Shown: positions 31,197 through 42,396, numbered from the stretch's first letter. The stretch: 64,000 nucleotides of DNA from a virus (IMGVR_UViG_2808606549_000001:63535-127534); one strand, 5' to 3'. The notes: generated from the sequence alone by a model not told the origin. Program-made: numbers and translations.

Positions 31197-33700
31197 CCAA
31201 GTTGGTAAAAGGGTGATATTATACATATACCGCATCCCCACATCTAACATCAAACTAGGAGCTGGTCACTTCATGGAGCAAGACACTTATCGGGTTTATG
31301 GAGAAATCCGCATACCTCTTTGCTTCGAAACAAAGGGAGCATCTAATCAAGATGTTCTCCAAAAAACAATCGAGAAGTTTTCTAGGCGCTCCGTTCTTGT
31401 ATTGGATGGGGATCTGCATATGGCTAACGGAAAATCACATCCATTACTTGCAGACAGCATTTATATTCAATGGTTCGAGGCCACAGACAAAGAAGATATG
31501 TAATGGATTCAAGGCATGTCACATCTTATTTATGACATGCCTTTTGTATTATTTATTTCTATATTTAGTCCACTCACTCAAATCCACGTTCCTGCGAACT
31601 TCCTTATTTGTCTGCTTGTCAAATATCCTCGTATTAGAAGATAAGAATAATGATTCCAGGACGTCAACCTTATCATCACACCAACTCGTTTGCTTCCACG
31701 TTTCAATTTTCTTGTCTGGATCATAGTGAGTTAATCTCTCGATGCAGTACCTCCGCTCACTTAGTTTTTTCTTTGTCAATAGTGCCACCTACTCTCAATG
31801 TATTATGAATCTCTTGCTGCCTGATATTATGTATATGTAGGTGTATGATCATATTTTATTTATTATAATTTGCGGATTTTATTTACTTGCAATCAATACT
31901 GCTTTGCAGATTGCTTCGGGTGCAGATTTCCCTTCCGCACTAGCAACTAAAGTAATATCGTCACGCCACAAATTACAAACAATACTGTCCCCGATATATG
32001 AAACCTCGATCTCGATAGTTTGGTTTTACATGCTCCAGAACGTCCCATGCTTTGGAAATTTATTAAACCACTATATCAACTTTCTAATGAATTACCGATT
32101 TAGTTTTGTTTACAACTTAATTGCTAAGATCAAGGCAATACATGCTAATTGGACTATAATTGTTGTAAGAAAGAAATTCGTTCTATTGTTCTTCATTCTG
32201 AGTTCTCCTTTCCCGATAAAGTGATTTGATTTACTTAAACGCTGACCTTGTAATACTGAACATATGCCTCGATAACCTGAACAACCTCGCAGCCAAACTT
32301 CTTCAATGGCCTATCGTCCAGTACCAATCCACCAGGATAATTTTGTAGATGTTCAAGGAGACTTTTTTGATAACAATTAAGATTATAGTTCAATTCATTC
32401 TCCGCAAATTTTACAATGTTCATTTTTAAACAATCTCCCTTCCATAAGTTAATTGCTTCTTAATTCCATCGATTAATTTTTGTATACTTAATTCCTTCAC
32501 TTGTTCATCGTAAAAGTCTCTTGCCTCTTGATGTAGATCGATAAATGAAACGTCACATTCGGAAATATTATCAACGATTATTGTTTTATGTATTAGGCCA
32601 GATGAAGTGAGAGTAAATATGAACGTTAAATCAGAATCGCGGTTAATGAATCTCTTTCTTATTCTGTTCAAATAATCACCTTTTTCACTTTAATATCTCG
32701 ATAAAATACGGCAACACTTGTACTATTCTTTGTTTTTCCTCCGAATAAAAACAGATACTAAAATGAATAAGGCCATCACAATTACTACAATTCCATCCCA
32801 CATATCCATTTGTTGTTCAAAATTCATTCATCTCACCCCTTAAATTTGTTCATCGTCAGAAGAATCATTTCTAATTTCAGATATCAAATAATATACGAAC
32901 ATGCAGGCAAGTACACCAATCATAATAACATCCTTATTAAAGATCATTATATTTTGCCACCTCCATCAGATACATATCGTATCGTTATTTTACCACCTTT
33001 ATGGCATTTAGATAAGACCTAATTTAAAGTTATACGAAATTGCTATTTGATCGAAACTTAAATGGTTTCCTCGCTACAAAAGAGACAGTCCACCTCAACG
33101 ATTGGCCTTTTTCCATAGCATCTTTTAATGATTGATCGAACGTTTCCGGTTTGTCTATCACTTTCACCTTTAAAGTACCAAGGCAGAATGGACACATATT
33201 TTTCATCACTCCAATTAATTCGCTCTTTTATTGGAATCTTTAAACCCATTCACCTGTTGGAATTTCTCGCAACGTTTTACCAATTTTGATATCCTGATAG
33301 CGAACACCTTCATGCCTCATCAATTGAATAATTGCATCCCTAGAGCCTTCAAACGATCCAGCTCCAGTTCCCTGCAATATTCGTTCCACTCCTTTAACTT
33401 TCGCTTCAAATTCGTATTTGCAAATTTTTCTTCCCATTCATAAACCCACTCCCCATGAAAGAATCCATTTATCTAAATATCAATGCATTTGTTATCAAGT
33501 ATTCGTCTATAGTCTCTCAGGATGCCATTCGTAAACTTAACCAAACTGTATTGAAGCCCCATTTGAATAATCTCAATTTCTATACCTTCATCAACCTTAA
33601 TTCGTCGATCTGAATCATCTTTGAAGAGATATAAAACTTGATTCGTATAACCCAACAATTTTTCAACCCCCACTATTTACATTTTTTATTTCCTATACAC

Positions 33701-33750
33701 ATATTACCACCGAATTTATATTTACACAATAGTATTTTGTATTTTTTATA
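33701..33750 (-). promoter_or_regulatory. Early-type sigma-A promoter with shared upstream element TATAAAAAATACAAAA
   Basis: TTGTGT-17-TAATAT with TG extension; the same upstream element occurs at 48539-48554 and 52684-52699. Confidence 0.65.
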
Positions 33751-33786
33751 ATTTAAAAACTCGCCCTGTTTTGAGCGAGTTCCATT

Positions 33787-34020
33787 TCACCAAAGATCAT
33801 ATTTATCAACGTCATATCCCATTTTATTTAACCCTGCAATAACCTTCCGTTTAGTTAAATCTGTTCCTTCATATTCTGAATCACAACATAACTTAGTCAA
33901 CGTATTCAGTGAGACTCCGCTCGATTTAGATAACTTCCCCTGAGTAATTTGGTTCCGATCTAGGTAGACCCCTAACTTTGTTCGGTCTCTTCCTGCCCCA
34001 CTACCCCATAAGCCGCCCAT
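33787..34020 (-). CDS. Small XRE-HTH regulator
   Basis: RTKLGVYLDRNQITQGKLSKSSGVSLNTLTKLC. Confidence 0.7.
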   Translation of the reverse strand: MGGLWGSGAGRDRTKLGVYLDRNQITQGKLSKSSGVSLNTLTKLCCDSEYEGTDLTKRKVIAGLNKMGYDVDKYDLW

Positions 34021-34201
34021 GATACTGCCTCCCGTTTAAGGTGATGGCTTTATCATGGACAATCCCTTCACATTTTATACAAGCCATATGTATTTTTTGC
34101 GAATAATGCCCAAGCATCATTCCATATCATCTTATCAACCGACACAAAATCATACATTATCATGCAGGATGCCAAATTATCAGAAGGGAGTTTGCGAAGA
34201 C

Positions 34202-34489
34202 ATGGAACAGTATTTCAACGATGTTGTCGAAAGTTTAACAATTGAAGACATCCAGTTACTAAGCATACTTTTCGATAATGACGCTACAGCAGCCTTTAAA
34301 TCATTAAAGTCTAAAGACGTACTCCAAATAACCGGATACTCTGAAGCTGTCTATCGCAGAGTCCTAAATCGCCTCACCGCTAACAAATTTGTCGGTGTGA
34401 TTTCCCTTAACAAGCAACATGGCTTATACATCTCAGGATACGGAGTAAGCGCAATTTCAAAATCATTAAGTGAGGTGAGTGTAATTTGA
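34202..34489 (+). CDS. Small winged-helix-like DNA-binding protein (TubR-like position)
   Basis: RBS then ATG at 34202; helix pattern EAVYRRVLNRL, wing LYISGYG; overlaps the tubulin start. Confidence 0.5.
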   Translation: MEQYFNDVVESLTIEDIQLLSILFDNDATAAFKSLKSKDVLQITGYSEAVYRRVLNRLTANKFVGVISLNKQHGLYISGYGVSAISKSLSEVSVI

Positions 34490-35583
34490 TTGGTGTAATT
34501 GGCCTGGGAGGTTGTGGTGGCAACATCGCAGATGAAGCGAATAAACTCGGATTTCTGTCAGCAGCGATTAACTATTCTCAAAAGGATCTTGATGCTAACG
34601 ATGTTAAGCACAAACTAAAACTTGTTGGTTCAGAAGGTGTTGGAAAAAATCGTGATGAGGGAATCAAACTCGTTCAGGATCAATGGGAAGTTCCAATGTC
34701 TTTCATTAAAGAGCATTTCGCCAACACGAAAATTATTTTACTTTGCTTTTCCGCAAGTGGAGGATCTGGTTCAAGTGTTGGACCAATATTGGCAGAGATA
34801 TTGAAAGCAGAGATGTCTGATAAAGTTATCTGCGCTCTGGTTGTGATTCCCGATCATAGTGAAGCTGTTGTAAGTCAAATAAATACTATCAAGACTTTTG
34901 AAGATTTATCTAACTCCAATATCGCCATCTTTCCCATAGACAATCAGCAAGTAAAAGAGTGCTTCAATCCACCTTCCAAGAGTAAATTGTTTGAGTTATC
35001 CAATCGATACGTTGTTGAATTGCTTCTGACGCTAGTGAGTTACACAGAAAAGTCATCTAGAAACGGAAACTTTGATAAGACTGATCTTAAAACAGTCCTC
35101 TCCACCCCTGGAATTGGCCTTATCTCGGCGCTTGATTTGTCTCTGGTGGGAACATCATCTTTTAATCAGGAGTGGATTACAGAACGAATTCAGCAGTCTT
35201 GGAACCAGACAGTGTTCGTTAAACCGGATTACAGTAAGGTTGGGAGAGCTGCCGTCATATTTGATGGCCAAGAAAGTTTGCTTGAATATATAAACCATGA
35301 ATTGGTGTTCAGTACTTTCGCCAATGGTATGCCATTAGATTTATTTGAGGGCACTTATCATGAACATCAAGCAAGATTATACACTGTTTTGGTAGGTCTT
35401 CCGTGGTGTAACAAACGCTTGCAAGATATAGAAAGATTAATCAACGTAGAGAAGGTTGAAGTCGCTATGTCATCAGGAATACATCATAAATCCGAATCTG
35501 TTGGCCTTATGGACAGGATACGTTCAAATAGTAATTCTCCCAAGGTTCCGGTCAGTGAAATATTTAAAAAATATAAACGTTAA
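34486..35583 (+). CDS. Tubulin/FtsZ-family GTPase (TubZ/RepX-like)
   Basis: IGVIGLGGCGGNIA, AINYSQKDL, GVGKNR, SASGGSGSS signature, FPIDN, NFDKTDL. Confidence 0.85.
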   Translation: MIGVIGLGGCGGNIADEANKLGFLSAAINYSQKDLDANDVKHKLKLVGSEGVGKNRDEGIKLVQDQWEVPMSFIKEHFANTKIILLCFSASGGSGSSVGPILAEILKAEMSDKVICALVVIPDHSEAVVSQINTIKTFEDLSNSNIAIFPIDNQQVKECFNPPSKSKLFELSNRYVVELLLTLVSYTEKSSRNGNFDKTDLKTVLSTPGIGLISALDLSLVGTSSFNQEWITERIQQSWNQTVFVKPDYSKVGRAAVIFDGQESLLEYINHELVFSTFANGMPLDLFEGTYHEHQARLYTVLVGLPWCNKRLQDIERLINVEKVEVAMSSGIHHKSESVGLMDRIRSNSNSPKVPVSEIFKKYKR

Positions 35584-35598
35584 AAGGAGTGTATTTCA

Positions 35599-35766
35599 AT
35601 GATTAATTACGAAACGGTTCAGGTAATGTTGGAACTGCATAGAAAAGGGACTTATATCTATCTTACGGATGAAGGATGGCTTGAACTGATTCGGTCTGTG
35701 AAAATTGTTGAAACGGATTCAGAAAATGAAATCACTCTTGAACAAATTGCCCAAAGTGCCATTTGA
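35599..35766 (+). CDS. 55-aa hypothetical protein (MINYETVQV...), not in the ORF track
   Basis: AAGGAG RBS; follows the tubulin stop codon. Confidence 0.55.
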   Translation: MINYETVQVMLELHRKGTYIYLTDEGWLELIRSVKIVETDSENEITLEQIAQSAI

Positions 35767-35954
35767 ACATGAAAAAGGGAGGGTTTTATCCCCTCCCTGC
35801 TCTGTCCAATATGGGTTTTACCAATGGGCAGAATCACCCTACGGCGTTGTGTGTGGTCTCCCCACAACTTATGAGTCGTGTCTCTAACTTATGCGTGTCT
35901 ATGCATAAAATGCGAAATTAAACCGAGCTATCACCGTATAAGGAGGTTTCAAAG

Positions 35955-36443
35955 ATGGCATCCGTTCAGACCATGACAATTCCTCAATTCTTAAATTCCC
36001 GCAATAAGAAAGTTGAAGAAGACCGGATTATGAATAAGATGTTGGCTCATCTTAAGAAACACAAAATTAAATACAACATGATTGGCACAACAATAATTGT
36101 AGTAGCGTCTGCATTCCTGATTGGTGCTGTTGATATTGCTAGTGCAGCGCAAACTAATGATGCCATAGAGGTATTTAATCAAATCCCCGATTCTGTGCAA
36201 ACTTCTTCATCATCTGTTGGAATTGATGCAGGAGGAAGAAGAATCTATAGTAAATTGGTAAATATTGGTAAATGGATAATAATAGTGAAGGGTGGCTTTG
36301 ACACCCTGATGAACATGGTTAAAGGCGATTCTGAATCAGCAAAGAAATCCTTCTTCTCTTACATCATTGTTTATATGGTACTCCTTGGCCTCCCTTTCTG
36401 CCTCGATCAAGTCGATAGTGTGTTTAGCGGATTAGGGGAGTGA
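35955..36443 (+). CDS. Membrane protein, possibly TrbC/VirB2 pilin-like C-terminus
   Basis: Three hydrophobic segments; IGKWIIIVKGG...GD...AKK pattern. Confidence 0.5.
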   Translation: MASVQTMTIPQFLNSRNKKVEEDRIMNKMLAHLKKHKIKYNMIGTTIIVVASAFLIGAVDIASAAQTNDAIEVFNQIPDSVQTSSSSVGIDAGGRRIYSKLVNIGKWIIIVKGGFDTLMNMVKGDSESAKKSFFSYIIVYMVLLGLPFCLDQVDSVFSGLGE

Positions 36444-36703
36444 TTGGAATGACCAGTACAATAAAAGTCATTCTCTCCGCAAATCCAATCAAAGAATGGG
36501 CAAAAGAACAGGTACAGGAGTATATCAAGGGAGCATTGGAAGCAGTAGGAGTTGTGCTTGTCGAAGCAAGTTATTCGATTGCCCTTTTAGGTGGAGGAAT
36601 CTCAGCAATACTCTGGGTTGCAGGTTGGAAACAAGGGGCTAGATATTCTGGAATATTATTGGTCGCTCATGTATTGATAAAAGTACTTCTTGGAGGTACA
36701 TGA
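36440..36703 (+). CDS. Small two-TM membrane protein
   Basis: Hydrophobic segments; overlaps the upstream stop codon. Confidence 0.6.
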   Translation: MIGMTSTIKVILSANPIKEWAKEQVQEYIKGALEAVGVVLVEASYSIALLGGGISAILWVAGWKQGARYSGILLVAHVLIKVLLGGT

Positions 36704-36706
36704 ACA

Positions 36707-39097
36707 ATGACACCATCAGGTTTGAAATTCTCTGAGTTTATTCGGATTAATAAACCTGAATATATCTATCTTAAACTTAAACCTAATAACTCCATTAGAA
36801 ATAATAGCTCACATAAACTCGCCAGAACTATTACCACAATGTATAAGAATATCGCTCAATGTATCAAACAGGAAGAACAAAAACTAGTCAAAGTTTTGGG
36901 TAAGGATTTTCTATTCCCCTCTAAAATCTCAATTCAAACTAATAGTAAAGTGACATTCTTTATATACATTGAAAAGAAAAAAGTTGAATTCTATTTCATT
37001 ATTCCTAAACATTATTTGATGTTGCTCAAAGAGAAAATGAGTGATATTTGGTCTAATGTAACCGTCATAGAAATTGATGAAAAAGAAATACCAAAATTCA
37101 ATAATGATTCTACAAAATATCAGTTAACGTTCAAAAAAGAAGATGGCTTAAGTCTTGCTGTTGACCGTAGAAATAATGATTTATTGAATAGTAACTTAAA
37201 CATTGTAGAGGTTCTTGAAGATGGGGATCGAGTTGGTTTGCTATATAATTTCCTCCCCTCCTCGCAGCGAAGTTGGAAATATGAGCATAAACACACTCTT
37301 GATAAAATCAAAACGCATAAACCTGTAGAACGTAATAAACTTGGAATTTGGTATGTAGTAAAATATATGCTTTCTGTGATTGATGGCATAGTCAACAACT
37401 TAACCGAATCTGTTGCAGGTAAAAAAGCAGCCGCCATTCATGAAGAGAATACCCTATATTCCTTGCTCGAAAGACTAAATGGCTCAGTAAAGAGATCATC
37501 TGATGCCACGATTAAAAAGGGAGTCTCTCCAATAATTCCTGCACAAATTGTGGTTGTAAGCGAAAGCGAAAACAAGATCCGAGAAAGAAATGTTGCTATT
37601 AGCATGGCTCAAAGTTTTGATTGTCTACGTGAAGACAATGAATTAATTTATAAACCACTAAAATCAAACTTTAAACTTATTGATTACTCTTTTGGTAGTG
37701 CAGAACGAAATAAATTTAGTGATGAAGAAGCGCAAAATTTCTTATCAATAGCAGGAAGGGATCTTCTTGAGAAATACAACTTTATAGATAAAGTTGAGAC
37801 GCATGAGACGGAAATCCCGGATGATCTTTGCAGCGGAATTATGTGCATTGGCACTAACCGTTTTCGTGGGATAGATACTAAAGCGTATCTAAGCAATGAT
37901 GAAAATTATCGCAATTTATTGACCCTGCTTATAGGCCCAACCAGAGCAGGAAAGTCCAATCTGTTGGGCCACCTATGTATTGATGCAATTGAAGATGGTG
38001 GAGAATGCGTTATTGTTTTTGATTACATCGAAAACTGCGAGCTTAGTGAAAGTATTGCTTCACTATTCCCCCCAAATAAAGTAATGAGAATTAAGTGCGA
38101 TGACTTCTCAACAATGCAAGGATTAGGCTATAACGAAGTGGGATTTAGCGAAGATGTATTTACTCAATATGATAATGCCAAAAGACAAACCACCAATATG
38201 ATTGCATTAGTTAACTCAATAAATGCTGATGATAGTCGTTTAAGTCCTAAGATGGATCGATATCTGGAGAGCGCTAGTCTTGTTGTTTTTATCAGTGGGG
38301 GAAGCATTAGAGATGTTTTTGGTGTATTACAAAATCATAATACGAGAAGAAACTTTCTAAAGAAAGTACCTTCGAAACAATATGAAAATTTGTCTGAATA
38401 CATGGACTCCTTACGAGAGTTGGACGAATGTGATAAGTCAGGAACTGAAGTCGTTGGCACAAAATCTTCGCTTATTGTTGGAATAATCGACCGCTTAAAC
38501 ATTCTAAAGAGAAATACCTATATGGAGTTAATGCTAAAGAAAGACTCGAACAATAATATAGATTTGAGTAAGGAAATGCAGAAAAACCAACTTATAACAA
38601 TCCAGATGCCACAAAGTCTATTTACTACTGACAATGAACGAGATATTTGCACTACTTACTGGATAACAAAGTTATGGCTGGCTGCTCAGGTACGAGCTGA
38701 TCGTATTCGGGATAAGAGTAAAAGGACGAAGGTTAATTTGATAATTGATGAACTCTACCAAATACCAAACACCGAAAAGTTCCTAACTTCTAAGTTGTCG
38801 CAGATGGCTAAGTTCATCGTAAAACCTATAATAAGTTGTCATTACATCAACCAGTTAAAATACATGAGAGATGAACTTCGTTCAGCGAATACTTCATATT
38901 TACTTATATCTGGATCAGACTCTAAAAACTTCACCGAGTTAAAGCAGGAGCTTCAACCTTTTTCAGAAGAGGACTTACTTAACCTTCCTAGGTATCATGC
39001 ACTTTGTCTTCTCCGAGCAAGGAATCATTATGCCAAGTTCATTACAAAACTCCCTGGTAAAGTTGAGCATCGAACAAGAAAGGAACTGACTAAATGA
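36707..39097 (+). CDS. VirB4/VirD4/FtsK-HerA superfamily P-loop ATPase
   Basis: LIGPTRAGKS Walker A, VIVFD, LIIDELY Walker B, HYINQL, LLNLPRYHA. Confidence 0.75.
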   Translation: MTPSGLKFSEFIRINKPEYIYLKLKPNNSIRNNSSHKLARTITTMYKNIAQCIKQEEQKLVKVLGKDFLFPSKISIQTNSKVTFFIYIEKKKVEFYFIIPKHYLMLLKEKMSDIWSNVTVIEIDEKEIPKFNNDSTKYQLTFKKEDGLSLAVDRRNNDLLNSNLNIVEVLEDGDRVGLLYNFLPSSQRSWKYEHKHTLDKIKTHKPVERNKLGIWYVVKYMLSVIDGIVNNLTESVAGKKAAAIHEENTLYSLLERLNGSVKRSSDATIKKGVSPIIPAQIVVVSESENKIRERNVAISMAQSFDCLREDNELIYKPLKSNFKLIDYSFGSAERNKFSDEEAQNFLSIAGRDLLEKYNFIDKVETHETEIPDDLCSGIMCIGTNRFRGIDTKAYLSNDENYRNLLTLLIGPTRAGKSNLLGHLCIDAIEDGGECVIVFDYIENCELSESIASLFPPNKVMRIKCDDFSTMQGLGYNEVGFSEDVFTQYDNAKRQTTNMIALVNSINADDSRLSPKMDRYLESASLVVFISGGSIRDVFGVLQNHNTRRNFLKKVPSKQYENLSEYMDSLRELDECDKSGTEVVGTKSSLIVGIIDRLNILKRNTYMELMLKKDSNNNIDLSKEMQKNQLITIQMPQSLFTTDNERDICTTYWITKLWLAAQVRADRIRDKSKRTKVNLIIDELYQIPNTEKFLTSKLSQMAKFIVKPIISCHYINQLKYMRDELRSANTSYLLISGSDSKNFTELKQELQPFSEEDLLNLPRYHALCLLRARNHYAKFITKLPGKVEHRTRKELTK

Positions 39098-39234
39098 AAA
39101 CTAAGAAGATCATCCTCAAACTATCCATCATTGGACTTGGTGTGGCTGTTTATTTCGTTATAAGTCCATTCTTCGGATACTTAACGCTAATGGTTAGCAA
39201 CGTTGTATCTCAGCAAGTTATTGATAAACTCTAG
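39094..39234 (+). CDS. 46-aa membrane peptide (MKTKKIILKLSIIGLG...), not in the ORF track
   Basis: ATGA overlap with the ATPase stop; hydrophobic core. Confidence 0.55.
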   Translation: MKTKKIILKLSIIGLGVAVYFVISPFFGYLTLMVSNVVSQQVIDKL

Positions 39235-39249
39235 AGGTAGGTAAATCAA

Positions 39250-39750
39250 ATGAAAATAGTATTTTCTCCCCTTGGTACAGTCACTACAAGTTATGGTGCC
39301 ATAGATACCTCACACCCTCTCAGACCACACAGCGGAATTGATTTTGCAGCCCCTCTCGGCACACCAATACACTCGCCTGTGAACGGCGTAGTAAGCGATA
39401 TTGTAGACAGAGGCACACAAGGCCTAGGCAAAGGTGTGTTCATAAGAACCGACGAAGGATATCAATTTATCTTTGGACACTTATCAGAATTCAATGTTAA
39501 AGTTGGCGATCATATTCACAGAGGAGACATCATTGCACTATCAGGTAACACAGGGCATAGCACAGGTCCACACTTACACTTTGCTGTAAAAGATCCTTCA
39601 GGCCATTTCATTGATCCTCATTCGATATCACAACAAGCAAAATCACTTATGTTTGATTTAAAGGACACTGTTCAGACTGTCTTTAATCAAATTGGAGATA
39701 CGATATGTAATCTGTTTGAAGTTGTTGCTGACAACGCCGTATTAGTTTAA
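39250..39750 (+). CDS. M23-family (LytM) peptidoglycan peptidase
   Basis: HSGID and GNTGHSTGPHLHF motifs. Confidence 0.9.
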   Translation: MKIVFSPLGTVTTSYGAIDTSHPLRPHSGIDFAAPLGTPIHSPVNGVVSDIVDRGTQGLGKGVFIRTDEGYQFIFGHLSEFNVKVGDHIHRGDIIALSGNTGHSTGPHLHFAVKDPSGHFIDPHSISQQAKSLMFDLKDTVQTVFNQIGDTICNLFEVVADNAVLV

Positions 39751-40153
39751 TACACAGCGCTAAGTGGATGCCCCTTTCCTTAACTGGTGAGGGGCGCTTT
39801 GATGTATATAAGAAAAACTCCTGGTCTATTGACCAAGAGTCTTGATGCGATAAACCCATGTCTTAAGTACCTTTTTAAGTTTTCTACGCTTAGGTGCTTT
39901 GATGATTACCTCGACACCTTTTGAGCAGGAAACGACATTAGGTTTACCATTAATCATTTCAATAATTACTCTCTTCATTTTGTAACCTCCTTGAATCTCT
40001 TATAATATATTGTATGTATAGGTTTCTAGATTTAGTTCTATAGTTTTAAGAAACTAAGAAATAATCTATTTAAGAACGAGCCTCAGAATAGAAAAGAGTC
40101 CGCTCAATAAGAGCAGACTCCTCGATTTCTTGTCTTGTAACATCACATTAGTT

Positions 40154-41482
40154 TTACATATATGTATTGATACTTTCTGCAATGATTTCTTCAATGTTAT
40201 TTATATCCCAGTAGGGAATTCGAACTAATGGTATTTTATTGTTTGAACAATATTCATTTTTTATATTATCATACTCTTTAGTTTTAGGATAACTCTTTCT
40301 ATTTTCAGCAAAATGATATTCCTCGTCAAATTCAATCATAAAAGAAATCTTATTATTCTTATCGAAGACAGCAAAATCATATCGCATTGGGTACTTTTTA
40401 GGACTTTTAAGGTCTTGGAATTTGTATTCTATTTTAAATAATACGTCCCTTTTCAATAGCTCTTTAATGATAAGTTTCTCGCCAATTGATTTTTTAGCAC
40501 ATTTCGGACAGCCGCTTTTCATACCAGTTCTGCTGTCTGGTTGTGCTGACCATGAATGATCACATTTTGAACATTTCCACCACACATATTTTTTACTACC
40601 AGAATTGATGTTATAAGGATTAACATCTTTATTCTCTTTAAAATCCCACTCACTTAACAGTTCAGGGTGAGTTTTTGCTAAACAATTCGTTTCATTCACT
40701 CTCATACCCCCACAATAGGGGCAATTTTGACCACCAGAAGTTCTACTGCTTATCATCATATCGTACGAACTATCGCACTGAGGACATAACCACCATACAA
40801 CCTTGCTGCTTGAACGTGTTACATGATCAGGAAGTAATTCTTCATTCAAAGTTGGATGCCATTGTAGAGCAATCTCTTTTTCGGTCTTGGATAGGCAATT
40901 AGTATGATTCACTCTTAAACCATGGCAGTATGGGCATCCTCTATTTTGCGTTGTCCTATGTACTACTGAATCATCCCATATATGTTCATTGTTGAATCTA
41001 CATGTCCACCAAACTCTTTTGCTTGATCCGTATGCTATTTCGCTAGGGCTAAATTCATTTAACTCGATGTTAAACTCTTTAGCAATTTCAGGATACCTAT
41101 CCAGTAGAGATACTTTTACATTGGGGTTAGAAAGCTTTTCTTTTATAATTTTTGATCGTGATTCTGATAATTTCTTTGATACACACGTTTTATTGTCACA
41201 ACAATCAATCTCAATAAATTTTCTCGCTTTATTGTACGCTCTATACATGGTCGGGACTTCGGTTCCGCAATAATCACATATTTTAGTTATAATTGCATCA
41301 CTTGATGGCTGTAGATCAGTGACTAGAACTTCTATCTTAGTCCCATTCTTTACCGAAGCATCTCCCCACTTATTCTTATATCTCGGTATTTCATACTTTA
41401 ATGCTTCGTAATGAGCAATTGTTCTCCCCGTCAAAGATACAAAAACTTTAGTTTCTTTTATTGAAATAATCTTCATCCTCAT
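40154..41482 (-). CDS. Zinc-ribbon repeat protein with C-terminal PD-(D/E)xK-like endonuclease
   Basis: Three WW.C...CPYC/CPKC repeats; YDFAV...IEFD..YH, KNEYC...IPLVRIPYW. Confidence 0.75.
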   Translation of the reverse strand: MRMKIISIKETKVFVSLTGRTIAHYEALKYEIPRYKNKWGDASVKNGTKIEVLVTDLQPSSDAIITKICDYCGTEVPTMYRAYNKARKFIEIDCCDNKTCVSKKLSESRSKIIKEKLSNPNVKVSLLDRYPEIAKEFNIELNEFSPSEIAYGSSKRVWWTCRFNNEHIWDDSVVHRTTQNRGCPYCHGLRVNHTNCLSKTEKEIALQWHPTLNEELLPDHVTRSSSKVVWWLCPQCDSSYDMMISSRTSGGQNCPYCGGMRVNETNCLAKTHPELLSEWDFKENKDVNPYNINSGSKKYVWWKCSKCDHSWSAQPDSRTGMKSGCPKCAKKSIGEKLIIKELLKRDVLFKIEYKFQDLKSPKKYPMRYDFAVFDKNNKISFMIEFDEEYHFAENRKSYPKTKEYDNIKNEYCSNNKIPLVRIPYWDINNIEEIIAESINTYM

Positions 41483-41738
41483 TTCAGTTTAATTATTGAA
41501 CTATATAATAGCATATTTTACTTATAAAAGTAAATGGACGAGAGGATTTTCTCGCCCATAGTCATTGTTTATTTAACAAGCAATATTTTATGTCTTCCAC
41601 ATTGAGTAAATCCTGTCTGTTCAACTTTAGAAACCACATTTTCGACATTGACAATTCCCCACTCCCCAAGTTTACGAATAAGCTCTTCTTTAAAGATTAA
41701 TCCCTTACCAACTAATAAAAACATATCATCATCCTCCT

Positions 41739-42128
41739 TTAGTTTGTTAGACCCATACTAATTTTTAGAGCATTATCCACAAGTTCCATATCTACATCAT
41801 TAATTTTTGTTACTTTCTTAATCAATCTTCTTTTGTCAATTGTCTTAATCTGCTCAAGCAAAGCATAACTTTCTCGATCTAGATTATTATTTTCGGCACT
41901 TAGATAAACATGTGTCGGCATTTGCTTTTTAACTTTTGACGTAATTACGCATACAATGACCGTAGGAGAGAATCTATTGCCAATATCGTTTTGAAGTAAC
42001 AATACTGGTTTATTGCTGCCTCCTTGTTCTGCTCCAATCACAAGCGACAAATCAGCTAGAAATACATCACCGCGTTTATAGGTCTCATTATCTACTCTGT
42101 ATGTAGTACTTTCTTCAGTGGCCAGCAT
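41739..42128 (-). CDS. mazF: MazF/PemK (NdoA-like) endoribonuclease homolog, orphan
   Basis: RGDVFLADL..IGAEQGG..PVL..QNDIGNRFSPTVIV..ITS...PTHV...LEQIKTIDKRRL. Confidence 0.9.
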   Translation of the reverse strand: MLATEESTTYRVDNETYKRGDVFLADLSLVIGAEQGGSNKPVLLLQNDIGNRFSPTVIVCVITSKVKKQMPTHVYLSAENNNLDRESYALLEQIKTIDKRRLIKKVTKINDVDMELVDNALKISMGLTN

Positions 42129-42206
42129 CTTCTCACCTACTCACTAGGTATTATTTTGTTTTAATTTCTAAAATCATTATATTGCATATGTTACTTAATT
42201 AACAAC

Positions 42207-42220
42207 CGAACACACGTTCT
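42207..42220. promoter_or_regulatory. LexA (Cheo) box between the divergent mazF and rsfA genes
   Basis: CGAACACACGTTCT. Confidence 0.75.
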
Positions 42221-42396
42221 ATTTCACATTTTTATGGCTATGACAAGCACAATTTTATTGACTCCAATTTATCTTGACACCTCCGTGCATCTGTGTTAAA
42301 AACGCATTGTTTGTTTAATTAATGTATATTTGATTACTTAACCGGATATAAATGATATGAAACATAAAACGACAAACATATGGTGGAGATGATGAT

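Larger units (their letters stand above)
23560..33673 (-). other. Second array of about 30 small hypothetical ORFs separated by junction motifs
   Basis: ORF track; motifs from 23787 to 33455; paralogs 25962..26201 and 29997..30233. Confidence 0.75.

Noticed and set aside
36707-39097. Complete conjugation system
   Set aside because: No relaxase, oriT or VirB6/VirB8-like genes were recognised in the window.
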